IMG/VR virus record: IMGVR_UViG_3300033149_004108
Location: 1 to 53,959 of that record
From: a virus
Taxonomy: Duplodnaviria > Caudoviricetes
Length of the DNA: 53,959 nucleotides
Direction: 5' to 3' (one strand)
The translations under genes were made by a program, and so were the position numbers. Shown piece after piece: positions 38,916 to 49,252 of this stretch. Under the pieces are notes generated by a model. The model was not told the origin of the DNA. It searched no databases and saw only the letters and a list, made by a program, of their open reading frames with translations. Each line of letters opens with the position of its first letter. Positions within the stretch are counted from its first letter, which is position 1.

Positions 38916-38934
38916 CTTTCCTCTCCTTTCTCAG

Positions 38935-39180
38935 TTACGGTGCTGGTGCTGGCGTATTCTCTTTGGGATATCCGAACCGCCGCACTTCGGCCGCGATTCT
39001 GTTGGAGCCGTAGATGAGGGCCTCCAGCAGGGCGTTCCTAAGTTTGGTGGCGAAGTAGTCATCATCGCTAGCACTAGTGCGCCTGATGATTGACAGCACC
39101 TCTTCCGCGTCGAGTTCGATTTCGACGCGATCGATGGCGTCCTTGGGGTACGAGGTACGTCGGACGATAGTAATTTCCAT
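38935..39180 (-). CDS. Hypothetical protein
   Basis: AAGGAGAGAGGAG RBS. Confidence 0.55.
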   Translation of the reverse strand: MEITIVRRTSYPKDAIDRVEIELDAEEVLSIIRRTSASDDDYFATKLRNALLEALIYGSNRIAAEVRRFGYPKENTPAPAP

Positions 39181-39392
39181 CTCCTCTCTCCTTTTGTGTG
39201 GGGCCGGGCGTGGGATGGAACCCGGCCCCGTGTCTGGGGCGGCTAAAGCCGCGGAGGTAGGCGCCCTCCGTGGAGAACGGGGGCAGAGGGGTGGCCTAGT
39301 CTCGTCCCCCCCTCGTACCCGCTGGTCTGACTAGACAGTTTTCCGCTCTCCACGCAGGGGGCGGCTTGCGGACAGCGACGCCGCCTCCCTCG

Positions 39393-39872
39393 CTATTCAG
39401 TTGTCATTCCAGCTGGCCGGAAACCTAATTCTTCCTCGCCCATCTGCTTATCGCCCATGAATCGGGCACCGCAGAAGTGGCAGGTGGGGTCCTCGGCGTA
39501 CGAATCCCACAGAGCAGAGCCGCATCCTCCACAAATCACCAACCTCTCTGCTTTGTTTCCGTAACGCTCTCGCGTTTCCGCACTCCACACCAACCTTTTC
39601 GCTGTCTTCTCTGGCTCGTCGGGAAGGCGCAGTATGGCGTAGCGGCCGGGCTTGTCCATGCCGAGGTCTCGGAGGGTGCTACGAGAAGCCGAGAGGCTTA
39701 TGGTCTCGCCGCCCTTCGCCTCAATGCTCTCATTTTTCCCCAATACTACTCGCAATCCAGGATTCAGATGCGGTTTTATCAGCACCACCCTCACATCCTT
39801 CACATCATCCACATGGCATCCCAGAGCGCAGCATATAGAGCCATCTTGCGACAGATGCTTACACGAAGGCAT
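39393..39872 (-). CDS. Hypothetical Cys-rich protein with a C-terminal zinc ribbon
   Basis: AAAGGAGG RBS; CGGCG...CHFCGA. Confidence 0.6.
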   Translation of the reverse strand: MPSCKHLSQDGSICCALGCHVDDVKDVRVVLIKPHLNPGLRVVLGKNESIEAKGGETISLSASRSTLRDLGMDKPGRYAILRLPDEPEKTAKRLVWSAETRERYGNKAERLVICGGCGSALWDSYAEDPTCHFCGARFMGDKQMGEEELGFRPAGMTTE

Positions 39873-40011
39873 CGCCACCCTCCTTTCAGATTTTCATTGC
39901 GACCGGGCCGGGTTCCCCAACCGGCTCCCAATTCGGTAGTCCTTCACGGTCTACCACCAACCCAGGTCGCCGCCTAGGGAGCGACGCCTCCGGCCGGAAA
40001 ACTTACTAGAC

Positions 40012-40290
40012 TCATTCCCCACTCCGTGAAGCAGTTTCCCTTTCCCTCACTTCTTCATTCTCGCCCTCTTCGGCTTCGTCTAGATAGAGCACCTCCTTCG
40101 GCTCTTCAAGTTTCGCTTGTCGTTCCGCTTGAGCGACCCAGGCTTCGACTTGTTCGCGAATCACAGCACCCATTGAGGTGCCAACGCGCGTAACCGCCGC
40201 TTTGAAACGGGCGTGTAGGTCGGTTGGCAGCAACACCAACAGGGGTTGAATATCCTTTTCTTCTTTCGTTCGTGCATACACAGTCTTCAT
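40012..40290 (-). CDS. Ribbon-helix-helix DNA-binding regulator
   Basis: LLVLLPTDLHARFKAAV...GTSMGAVIREQVEAWV. Confidence 0.75.
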   Translation of the reverse strand: MKTVYARTKEEKDIQPLLVLLPTDLHARFKAAVTRVGTSMGAVIREQVEAWVAQAERQAKLEEPKEVLYLDEAEEGENEEVRERETASRSGE

Positions 40291-40401
40291 TCGATTTCGC
40301 CTTGAGCAAAGAGGAAGGGGCGCAGGCAGAGGTTGTTTGGATTCAAGGGTGCGAGCGTGGCGAAGAGCACCCCTGGGAAGGGTCGTCATGCCGAGACTTG
40401 C

Positions 40402-40521
40402 CTACTGTCCAGAGAGGAGGTGACTCGGCTGTCTCTTTTGTCGCGCTGTGGGGAGCAACAGCAGCAAAGGAGAAAACGCCCTGCCTGCGCCTTGTTCGCT
40501 ATTCCGATGCCATTGTCGCAC
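40402..40521 (-). CDS. 39-aa leader ORF (not in the ORF track)
   Basis: First AAGGAGG-GTG after the promoter; MRQWHRNSEQGAGRAFSPLLLLLPTARQKRQPSHLLSGQ. Confidence 0.35.
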   Translation of the reverse strand: MRQWHRNSEQGAGRAFSPLLLLLPTARQKRQPSHLLSGQ

Positions 40522-40555
40522 GGCCTCCTTATCTGGTCATTGCGATTCTGCATGG

Positions 40556-40584
40556 ATTATATATCACATATATATCTAGGTCAA
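40556..40584 (-). promoter_or_regulatory. Sigma70 promoter with an AT-alternating operator-like spacer
   Basis: Minus strand TTGACC-17 nt-TATAAT. Confidence 0.8.
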
Positions 40585-41846
40585 GAGCCCTCGTAATGAA
40601 CCTTTGTGAAGTTCTTCGCACATGGGTAGACGGGTGCTAAGAGCGCCGCATGTCGTTCGCCAATCAACAAAACCCGTGGCGGGTTATCGTCGGTCAATCC
40701 TAGCACCAGATACTCTTGTTCCCGAAACGGCATGATAGCGTCGAGCAGATACCGCGCGTTGACTCCGAACGATACCTGTCGGCGCGGGTCTTTACCGCCC
40801 ACTGCCCTACACGCCATGCTCAGCGTTAGCGGACTGCCTCCCGCCAAGATCATCGTCATATTCAGGTTCCGCTTTGTTCTAGTGCAGTATAGCGTTTGCC
40901 CGCTAGTGGCAATGCGCATACTGCTGGACAAGTGGCGGCACAGCCGCCTGACCGAGAGCCGCAGTTTCACGGCGATGTTTGCGCGCGCCCTGTTCAGCAT
41001 GTTGATAGCGGAGGTGGCGGCCTTCTGCGGCAGGTTGTGCTTGACTGCGAGGAGGCCGATGCTACCCTCTACGACCGTCCAACCTGGAGGTTTGGATACA
41101 TAGCACGAGACCCCGCTATCAAACTCCTGCCTGAATGATGCTGCGACCGCAGGTAGGCTTCTATGCGGCCAGATGCAAGCGGCCTTTTCATCTACTGGGG
41201 CTTCACCTATATGCACGGCGTGGATACGCCTGCCGTCGGTAGCAAGGCAGACGAGATTGCCGCCGTCCGGCACAATGCACCCGAACGATTGGTCTTCAGG
41301 GTCTCTGAAGACCGCGCGGCGCACCCACACCAGGTCGGGATGCAACGAACGGGTATCGTCTATGCGATAGACGAATCGCAGGTCTGGCTTCGGCGGCCCC
41401 TTGGGTTCAGTTGTGGCGTGCAGGAGGGCGCGCGTTTTGTCTATCGCCTCGATTGCGAGCATGGGCTTCGTCCCATCTTCCCACCAATCGAGGGAGAAGT
41501 TCAGCCCCCTGCGGTATCGCATGATGCGCGCGGCTTGTCTCCACGGCAACAGATAGACGCCCACAAAGCCCTCGCCGTCTTTTGCTACCCGTCCGGGCAC
41601 CCGTTGCGAACACAGAACTCTGTTGCCAACATACCGCAAGATTGGCTGGCCGTCGTAGCCACCTAGTTGTATGACGGTGTTCTTATCGAGTTCCGCACCG
41701 TCGGCCTTCACCGCCTGCCACAATACACGCCAGCGTTGCCACATGTAGCGAGCGTACATGTTGAATTTCACTTGCGGCTTGGTGGGCGGTTTCGGCGCGG
41801 CCTTCAGTGCGGCTCTTCGTATCGTGTCCAGGCTCATGTTCACCAT
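40581..41846 (-). CDS. Divergent DNA polymerase III beta-clamp-like protein
   Basis: LATDGRRIH, FGVNARYLLDAI and terminal ALLAPV resemble DnaN ATDGHRL, FNxxYLxD and LIMP. Confidence 0.65.
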   Translation of the reverse strand: MVNMSLDTIRRAALKAAPKPPTKPQVKFNMYARYMWQRWRVLWQAVKADGAELDKNTVIQLGGYDGQPILRYVGNRVLCSQRVPGRVAKDGEGFVGVYLLPWRQAARIMRYRRGLNFSLDWWEDGTKPMLAIEAIDKTRALLHATTEPKGPPKPDLRFVYRIDDTRSLHPDLVWVRRAVFRDPEDQSFGCIVPDGGNLVCLATDGRRIHAVHIGEAPVDEKAACIWPHRSLPAVAASFRQEFDSGVSCYVSKPPGWTVVEGSIGLLAVKHNLPQKAATSAINMLNRARANIAVKLRLSVRRLCRHLSSSMRIATSGQTLYCTRTKRNLNMTMILAGGSPLTLSMACRAVGGKDPRRQVSFGVNARYLLDAIMPFREQEYLVLGLTDDNPPRVLLIGERHAALLAPVYPCAKNFTKVHYEGS

Positions 41847-42049
41847 TTCGGTTTCTCGTCTTCGGGGGCGGGCACGAATCGCACCCACCCGCCGTACTTG
41901 TTGTTGGCGTTGCCAACGCGAATGGGGATGTAGCCCCCGAAGTTCACGGGTTCGCCTTGTTCCCACGCCTTTACCCAGCGCAGGATTGTCCCTTTGGTAA
42001 CGCCGAGCAGTTCGGCCATTTCGCCCGGCGTCAGAAGGAGGGAGGGCAC
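41840..42049 (-). CDS. Excisionase/MerR-like HTH protein
   Basis: LLTPGEMAELLGVTKGTILRWV. Confidence 0.8.
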   Translation of the reverse strand: MPSLLLTPGEMAELLGVTKGTILRWVKAWEQGEPVNFGGYIPIRVGNANNKYGGWVRFVPAPEDEKPKW

Positions 42050-42063
42050 AGGAGCATCACCAC

Positions 42064-45000
42064 CTATGGGACGGGCGGCTTCGGCATTCCTCGGTCAATG
42101 CAGGTCATCAGGTACAGCATTGCAGCGAGGATACTGCCCACCACCAGCCCCACGAATCCGCAGTATATCGTATGTTTGTTTTCAGCGAGCCACTTTCCCA
42201 TCGGCTTTCTCCTTTCGGTTCGCTCCAAGCACCTGCACAATCGAGGGGCGACGGAGGCGAAGCACCCCATCGAAGCCCCTTTCTAGCGGCAGGTTGCCAT
42301 ACACGAAGCGGATACACAAGCGACACAGAGTACGGGTTGAGCCAGCGACAACTTCCATAGTTTCGCTCGCATGGCCACCGCAGTAATAACAACGCATTGT
42401 CAATCTCCCTTCCATGTCCAGGTATCCCAGGACTCGATTGCCTCCCTTATCGTGTTGGGCGACACCTCTCTGTGCCGCAGTAGTCCGCAGAACGCCACAC
42501 GGCCGTTGTCATCAATCGCTTGAAGTGCGGTCGCTTCCGCCAGGAGAACCGCTCGGAAGCGATTCGCGTTGACTAAGAGGCCACGCCAGAGAATGCCCCG
42601 CTCCGCGACGCTTACCCCCTCTCCGAGACTCGTGAAGTTCGGTAACATGACCTTGCTCCTGTCGCATATACGCCGCATTTCCCGCTAGGGCGATGCCCAG
42701 CAGGACGTCCACCAGTTCGTTGGCGCGCCTTTCACTCATCTTCACACCTCCAGTTTCTCCAGGTCTTGCACTACTTGTCGGAGGGCGGCGAGAGCGGATT
42801 CGGGGGTGATGAAGCCATGTAGGGCTCGCCAAGCAATGCCAAAAGGCGGTGAGGGGAAGGCATCGCCGTTGGGTGTCTTCGTCGGATAATTCCTACTGCA
42901 GATTTTGCGGGCGACGCATTGGCGGCACCATCCCTCGACTCGACAAAACGCGCAAGTATTTGAGTCCGTCAGGCCTTTCGCTTCTTTCCAATCCCCCCTC
43001 TCGCCCGCCTTGACAGCCTCCCTATATGCCCGCAGCGCAAGTCGCTTGGCGGTCTTATATGTCATCCGCCCGATCTGGCCGTTCCGTTTCTCTCCCATCG
43101 TCCTCTCTCCTTATGGCATCTTCGTCTACCTGTGCGTGATATGCGGCATCTCCCTCGTCGAACAGTCGGCACAGGGCTGGGTTGAACCCGCAGGTGCGCG
43201 GGGACAGCGCGCACCTGTAGCAGATGTCTGAGGTGTTACGGGTTATCGTCTCTTTCGTCACCTTGACTCTCATTCTCTCCTTCCTCCTCTCATACACGAA
43301 AGATTTCCACCGCGGGGTTCTCAGGGGCGCGATAGTAGAGATTTGAAGGACTCCATGTCTCCAAATGAACTGTGGCGCGATCTATCACGAGTGCACCACG
43401 GCCAGGATGACAGCGAGCGTACTCTGATGCTAGGTGCTTTGCTCGCCGACCACTGTTAGTTGCAGCGACCATTTTGCGGAAGTGCCTAGAAGGTTCAGGT
43501 CGTCCCCCCGCTGTGTTTACGTCTACGTCATGGATTGCGTATCTCATCTGTCTTTCCTTTCTCCTCCCCTTCCACTTCGACGGTCGAAGCGTACCGCTCT
43601 ATTATCGCCCTCAGGATTCCCGTCATGGTCTGCCCCTCTGCCGCGCAGGCGGCCTTGAATCGCCTGCGCAGGTCTTGGGAATCCACAGGACTAATTGCAC
43701 CTTCCCGTTTCTCATTGCTCCTCCTTCGCCTTCCTCATTTCCCGCAGGGCTTTGCGCTCACGCGCAGAGCGTTCTTCGGCGTGCTGGACGGTCTCCCGTG
43801 CGCTGATCCCGCACACCTTGCAGGACCAGATGACCTCCGAATCATCCCCCTGTATGAAGGTCATGTACTGTCCGCAGTGGCGGGGTGCGTGGTACATGGC
43901 AACTCTCCTTCCCCCAGTATCTCCCGCACAATTCTTGCCACTGTCTCGCGTCGCACCAAGTGGCTCTGGTACTCCCCCCTGTGTGGGTCTACCACAATCA
44001 CCACCATCAAGTTCTTCGGCAGGTCGTCAACGTTCAATCCTAGGAATTTTGGCGTAGTCGTCATTCCTCTTCTCCTTCTAACCTAGCATCACTTGCAGTT
44101 CATGCGGTCTCGGCATCGGGTGCTCTTCGCACAGCCGCCGCTCTTCTGCATACACCTTATCCTCACCCCATGATGGATGCGCGAGGTGCAGCACTTCGTG
44201 GCAGGCGGTGCGCCAGGCCTCTTTGCGCGACAGCCTCTTGCGAATGTATATGCCGTTGCAGTCTATGCACGATACACCGGCAATCACCCCTGCCGCTCGC
44301 GTTTGCGAATCGAGCAGCATATTCAGCGCCTTGCAACTGTTCGGTCGCCGCGTATCATGTTCCTCATTCCACACCCTTACAGAGCAAGTTACCCACGGCC
44401 AGTTCTCGCGTTTGCGCCGTCGCAGAAGCCGTTCGCACCAGAAGTCAACGGCCATCTTTGCGTACTCGTCAGGCGTCATGGCTAGGAGTCCTCCGCCAGT
44501 CGTTTGATCTCTGCCCAAAAGCGGTGAGTAGTGATAGAGAATGCCGCGGTTGCGGCGGAGAGTATCGCTCTTGTGGCATCTTCCAGCGCCTCTCTGATGC
44601 GCTTGTTGTCCTTCGCCCAATCATTGTATGCAGCATCCGTGGCCCTCGGGTCGCGTTCCTGGCGCGGGAGAGTAGCTTCTGTCGTTCTGCGTCTGTCATG
44701 TTTCACCCCTCCTTCCACGTGAACTGTCTGCCGCTCTTGGTGTAGCCGAAGAGCGCAGCGCACCGGCGGCACTGGTATCGGCGTTCGCGGAATATAGCGT
44801 CTGTATCGCCGGTTCGCATGTACTCCCGCATCCACAACCGTTCGGCACCATTCAACGGGTGCCCGAACAGCCAGCACAGCAATTTACCGAGCATTGGTGG
44901 CCTCCCTTTGGTCTTCTCCCCACTCTTTTAGAATCATGAGGGCTTTTTCCACCGCGGCCACGGCTTCCATTCCTCGTGCCTCTAGGCGATCCACCTCTTT

Positions 45001-47272
45001 ATCATATCGTGGGGAGTTCGGCAGGCTATCTATGCGGCGAGCGTAAGCGGTGTCCATTCTGTCAAGGGCCGCTCGTAACGCGCGCTCTACCTCTTCGTAT
45101 GTCGCCATCTCTACCTCCCTTATGCTGACTCGCGCGACGGTTTGGTCCCAGATGCCCTCACGTGCGCAGTCTCCGCACCAGTATTGCCCCTTGCGCTTTG
45201 GGTTCTCAAGGTCTTTACGCAACAGGACTAGGTATCGTTCCTTCTTGATGGGCCTTCCGCACTTTTGGCATATCCCTTTGCATGACTTCGCCATCTTACA
45301 TCCTCCTCTCTCTCCTTGCGGCCTCGAGCAGCCTCCTGGCCGCGGGATGTTCGCTCCTCTTCATCATGGACTCTGCTGCGAGAAACGCCATGTGCAGGCA
45401 GATGTCCGACAGTCGTAACCAGCACCACCATTCGGCATAGAACAGGGCCTTCAGGAGTTCGCGGTGCATAGTTCCCTTTCCCTGGCTTTGATTTCCCAAC
45501 GCGCTATTTTTTCTGCACGAATGGCCTTCTCCAGTTCCTTCTCCACCCGCGACTCGTGAGCCCAACGGTTGCGGCGACGGCACGGTCTGCCACCTATCTC
45601 TTCGTCAAACAGGCAAGAACAGAGGCGATACTTTTGGGCCAAAGGGGGAGCGCACTCTCGGCATACGCGAGGCCCAGCATCGCAAGAGGGGCATACATTT
45701 CGGCCGCATACACGGCACCAGGTCAAGTCTTCTGCTGATTCCAGTTCTCCGCACAGATCGCAGGGCCTTAATATGCCCAACCGCACCTGCTCTTCGGTAG
45801 TCAGATTCAGGAGTTCATGCGGAAGTTCCCGCAAGGCATCAGGGGCGACGCCGTATTTTAGGCATAGACGGGCATACCATTCAGCACGCTCTTTGCGCTG
45901 AGCGGCGGAGTAGCCCTCCATGCCCCGCGGTTCAGGAAACGGTTGGTAGTAATACTGCAAGGCGGTCGCCATCGCCTCGTGTTGGTCTTCGCCAACGGTG
46001 ATGTGACCGCCCTCCTTCCGAACCCTGCGCAGTAGTTTGCGGAAGTCGGCGCGCGTCATGCCACCGCGTCCCACCTTGCCGACAGTCATGGTTATCATGG
46101 CCCCCTCCTCTACACCTTCTCCGCGATCTCGCCCCTCAGTTCGTCAGCCTGTCCGCCGATCTGCGAGATGATCATCTCCAGATCGTCTCTCGTGTCGTTG
46201 GTGGCGAGGATCGCCAGGCGGCAGAATTTGTCTGTCGCCCTATCCAGCGCGTCCAACGCCTCGCCCAACAGTTGGTGTCGCCTCTCCCGTCTCGTCATCG
46301 CTCTACCTCCTCTCTGTAATTCCCCCTGCCTCATCAGGCCCTGGCTGGGGAGTCCGGGGCGACGGGCCTAACGGCCCGTTTCGGCTAGGGTCATAACCCT
46401 GCTGCCGCCCAGATGGACTCCTGGGCAAGGACCGTTACCGCTTCCGGGATAGTCCGCGGCGCATTCGGCGCGTCCCGGAGGTAGTCGGGGATCACCTCCG
46501 GGATGGTTGCATCGCCACGGAGAAGGGCGAGGGCCTTCGCGGCCAAATCGCGCGCATAGAGCCGCAAGAGCGCGCGATTTTCCAAATATGCGCGCCCACA
46601 AGCGGCCGCAGTATCCTGCGTCCATGCCTGCATATCGCGGGCATTGGGGAACAACCGCGCGGCATACCGCGCGACGTCCCCCCAGGGATGATACGGAGCG
46701 TACATCTCAAACCTATTCTCCATAGTTACCTCTCCCCTGCAAACATAGATTTCGGTCCGTTTCGGCCCGGCCATACGCCTCGCATGTCATCGACGAGCCC
46801 TTTCTCTGCAACACACGCCGCACCACGCGGATCTCGCCACCGCGCTCAACGGTGCGGACGTGGGCCAGGGTGGCCGGCCCAGGGCACCCCTCGTATTCGC
46901 GGCGCGCTTCCCCCTCGGTCTCATATTCCGCAAAGGTCGCTGCCGTTTCGACATGATAACGAATCATCTCCACTACCTCCTCTCTCCTCTCTCTGACTGA
47001 ATCCGGTCCTCTACCGATTCTCCTCGATCTCGCGCTCGACGTCATCGGCATCGGTCGTTTTGCCCATCGCCGCCCGGTTGCCGAGGCAGGGGCAGGATTT
47101 CCAGCGTCACCCCGTCCAGGGATGGATTTCCTCCCATGATGCCGTCCCTGATTCCCGCCTGGAGTTCCCGCGCACACTCCTCGCACAGGTTCCACTCCTG
47201 CCCCTCCAGATAGCACGTTGCTGCCCGTTTGACGCCAGCCTCCAGACACGAATCGCACAGCACTGGTCTCAT
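42064..47272 (-). other. Early region of about 18 small hypothetical ORFs, many with CxxC motifs
   Basis: Coupled ORFs with strong SD motifs downstream of the promoter at 47352-47379. Confidence 0.55.
44078..44479 (-). CDS. Small zincin-like metallopeptidase domain protein
   Basis: IYIRKRL...TACHEVLHLAHP...E (HExxH). Confidence 0.6.
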   Translation of the reverse strand: MTPDEYAKMAVDFWCERLLRRRKRENWPWVTCSVRVWNEEHDTRRPNSCKALNMLLDSQTRAAGVIAGVSCIDCNGIYIRKRLSRKEAWRTACHEVLHLAHPSWGEDKVYAEERRLCEEHPMPRPHELQVMLG

Positions 47273-47351
47273 TCTCTCTACCTCCTCTCTGTTCTCTGCC
47301 CTCTCCCTGCCCCCTCACCCCTCACATATATACCACATATCCACCGTCCCC

Positions 47352-47379
47352 ATTATACATATATATATCACCAGGTCAA
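47352..47379 (-). promoter_or_regulatory. Main leftward early promoter
   Basis: Minus strand TTGACC-16 nt-TATAAT; spacer resembles that of the 40556-40584 promoter. Confidence 0.7.
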
Positions 47380-48510
47380 CCCCCAGGGGCCCTTTTTCAC
47401 GACATAGCAGCAAAAAATAGCAGTTCGGGTGGTTGGAGGGGTAGCACCCGCTCGCTTGCTCTCGCCTTGTAATATAGCGGGGGGCGCCGAGATAGTGCCG
47501 AGGGGCACAAGGTTTTAGTGGGCGTTAGAGGGGCTTGTGAGGCGTTTTACGAGGGGTTGGGGAAAGAAAGTGCCGGCCGGCACAAAGTTTGCGAGGGGCG
47601 TGGAGTGCGGGGTGTGGGGGCGGGGGTGCTGGTGGGTTGGCCGCGTGCAAGGGTTCTGCAAGCGTTCTGCGAAGCCCTGTTGGGCGCGCAGGTCCATCCG
47701 CCCAGCATCGAGAGGGTGGCCGTCAACGGCCCTGCCCTAGCCGAAGGCGCTCGTTGCGGCCCCCGTTCCCTCCTGGTGGCGGGATCGTAAGCCCCGGCCG
47801 GCCGCCTGCGCTCCAGGAGGTGATTGGCCAGGGAGGCGGCATAGGTCATCGCCAGCTCTACCCCGCCGCTCTACCTCGGCCTAGGGCCCCGCGTAGTCCG
47901 TCCGCCTTACCACGGACATTGCCGCCTCCTGCCCCGCTCTGGTATGGGCGCACCCCCACCACCTGGCTGGGGTCCTCGAAGGCGCGCGGCCTGGCTCTTA
48001 CCTCCAGGACGGCCCGCCGCGAGACGGGGGCGCGCTCGACCACCCGCCGCCGCCTGCTTCTCCCTCTCCGCCAGCCAGAATAGGTCCCCTGGTCCTGGCC
48101 CTAGTCTCGTAGGCCCTGGCCCCTGGCCGAGGGATACCCCCCTGCCTCGCCTCTAGCGCGCACGAGAACCGGAACTGCGCCGCCCCCGCCATGCCTCTCC
48201 ACCTATCGCCACCTCGCGCAGTCCCCTCCCTCGACGCAAACACAGGCCTGCCCCTTACCCCCATCCCCACTTGCTTGCCCGCCATGCGACCACCACGCTC
48301 CCTGGACAGTCAACGCCCCCGCCGAGGGTTCGGCCGACGCCTCGCCGAGGGGGCAAGCAAGGGGAGTCTCAGGGATTTTGCCAGGACCCGCTTGTGCCTC
48401 CGAAAACACCCTCCGACCCCCTCTCGCGGCCGAAGCGGGTTTTATTGCGGTTCAATGGGTTGCGCGAGGGATATATAAGTGATAGTCTGGGGGATAGGAG
48501 GAAGAGAGAC

Positions 48511-49245
48511 ATGGCGGAACAGTGCACGGCGATACTGAGCAATGGCGAGCGGTGCAAGCAACCGGCGTTGAAGGGATTTGACAAGTGTCGGCATCATAGT
48601 GGGATGAAGGGGGAGAAGTGGCTGAAGAATCCTGGGTCGATATTGGGGAAGTATCGTCATGGGTTGTATGCGAAGTTGCTGCCGAAGTTAGAGGCGGAGA
48701 TATACAAAGAGACGCAAGATGCGGACCTAGCGGCGGAGGGGGCGAGGTTATTGGCGGCGAAGTTGGGGGCGTACATGGCGATGCAGCGGGACAGGGTGAT
48801 GAGGGGAGAGGAGGACCTATCGAACGATGCTGAAGTGATGGAGTTGTTGAGCAGGGTGGCGCATCGGATGGGGTCGTTGCAGAAGATGAGCAAAGAGATG
48901 CAGGAGGGGAAGTTGAGTGGCAGCAACACGGTGAATGTGGCGATTATCTGGGGAGGTGAAGGAGGGGCGGGGATGCCGCCTGCGGTGATGGCGAGGGTAG
49001 AGGAAGTGAAGGGGGAACTGGGGGATGGGAGTGATGACGGGGTAGTAGAGGGTGAGGTATTGAGCAAGGCGCCGGGGGCTGAGGAAGTTGGGGAGATGGT
49101 GAAGGAGGTTGAGAAGCGGCCGGTAAAGCGGAAGCGTCGGAAGCCGAGGAGCAGGGGGGTGGGAGGCGTGCGGAAGCGGCAGAGGGATATGGCGGTTGGG
49201 TTAGACCCGCGGGTAGTGGCGAGGACGGCGAAGCGGGCTGTGTGA
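48511..49245 (+). CDS. Terminase small subunit-like protein (HGGxSTG-type N-terminus)
   Basis: AGGAGG RBS and ATG at 48511; C.A....G.RCK.PA.....CRHHSG and RHGLY; directly before TerL. Confidence 0.65.
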   Translation: MAEQCTAILSNGERCKQPALKGFDKCRHHSGMKGEKWLKNPGSILGKYRHGLYAKLLPKLEAEIYKETQDADLAAEGARLLAAKLGAYMAMQRDRVMRGEEDLSNDAEVMELLSRVAHRMGSLQKMSKEMQEGKLSGSNTVNVAIIWGGEGGAGMPPAVMARVEEVKGELGDGSDDGVVEGEVLSKAPGAEEVGEMVKEVEKRPVKRKRRKPRSRGVGGVRKRQRDMAVGLDPRVVARTAKRAV

Positions 49246-49252
49246 GCGTGTG

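Noticed and set aside
39295-48109. CCTAGTCTCGT occurring at about 39295 and 48100
   Set aside because: A single 11-bp match in 54 kb is expected by chance and has no supporting context.
47515-48480. Pro/Arg/Gly-rich ORFs and the 80-codon N-terminal extension of terS from 48271
   Set aside because: No convincing SD, and composition reflects strand skew; the terS SD and ATG are at 48511.
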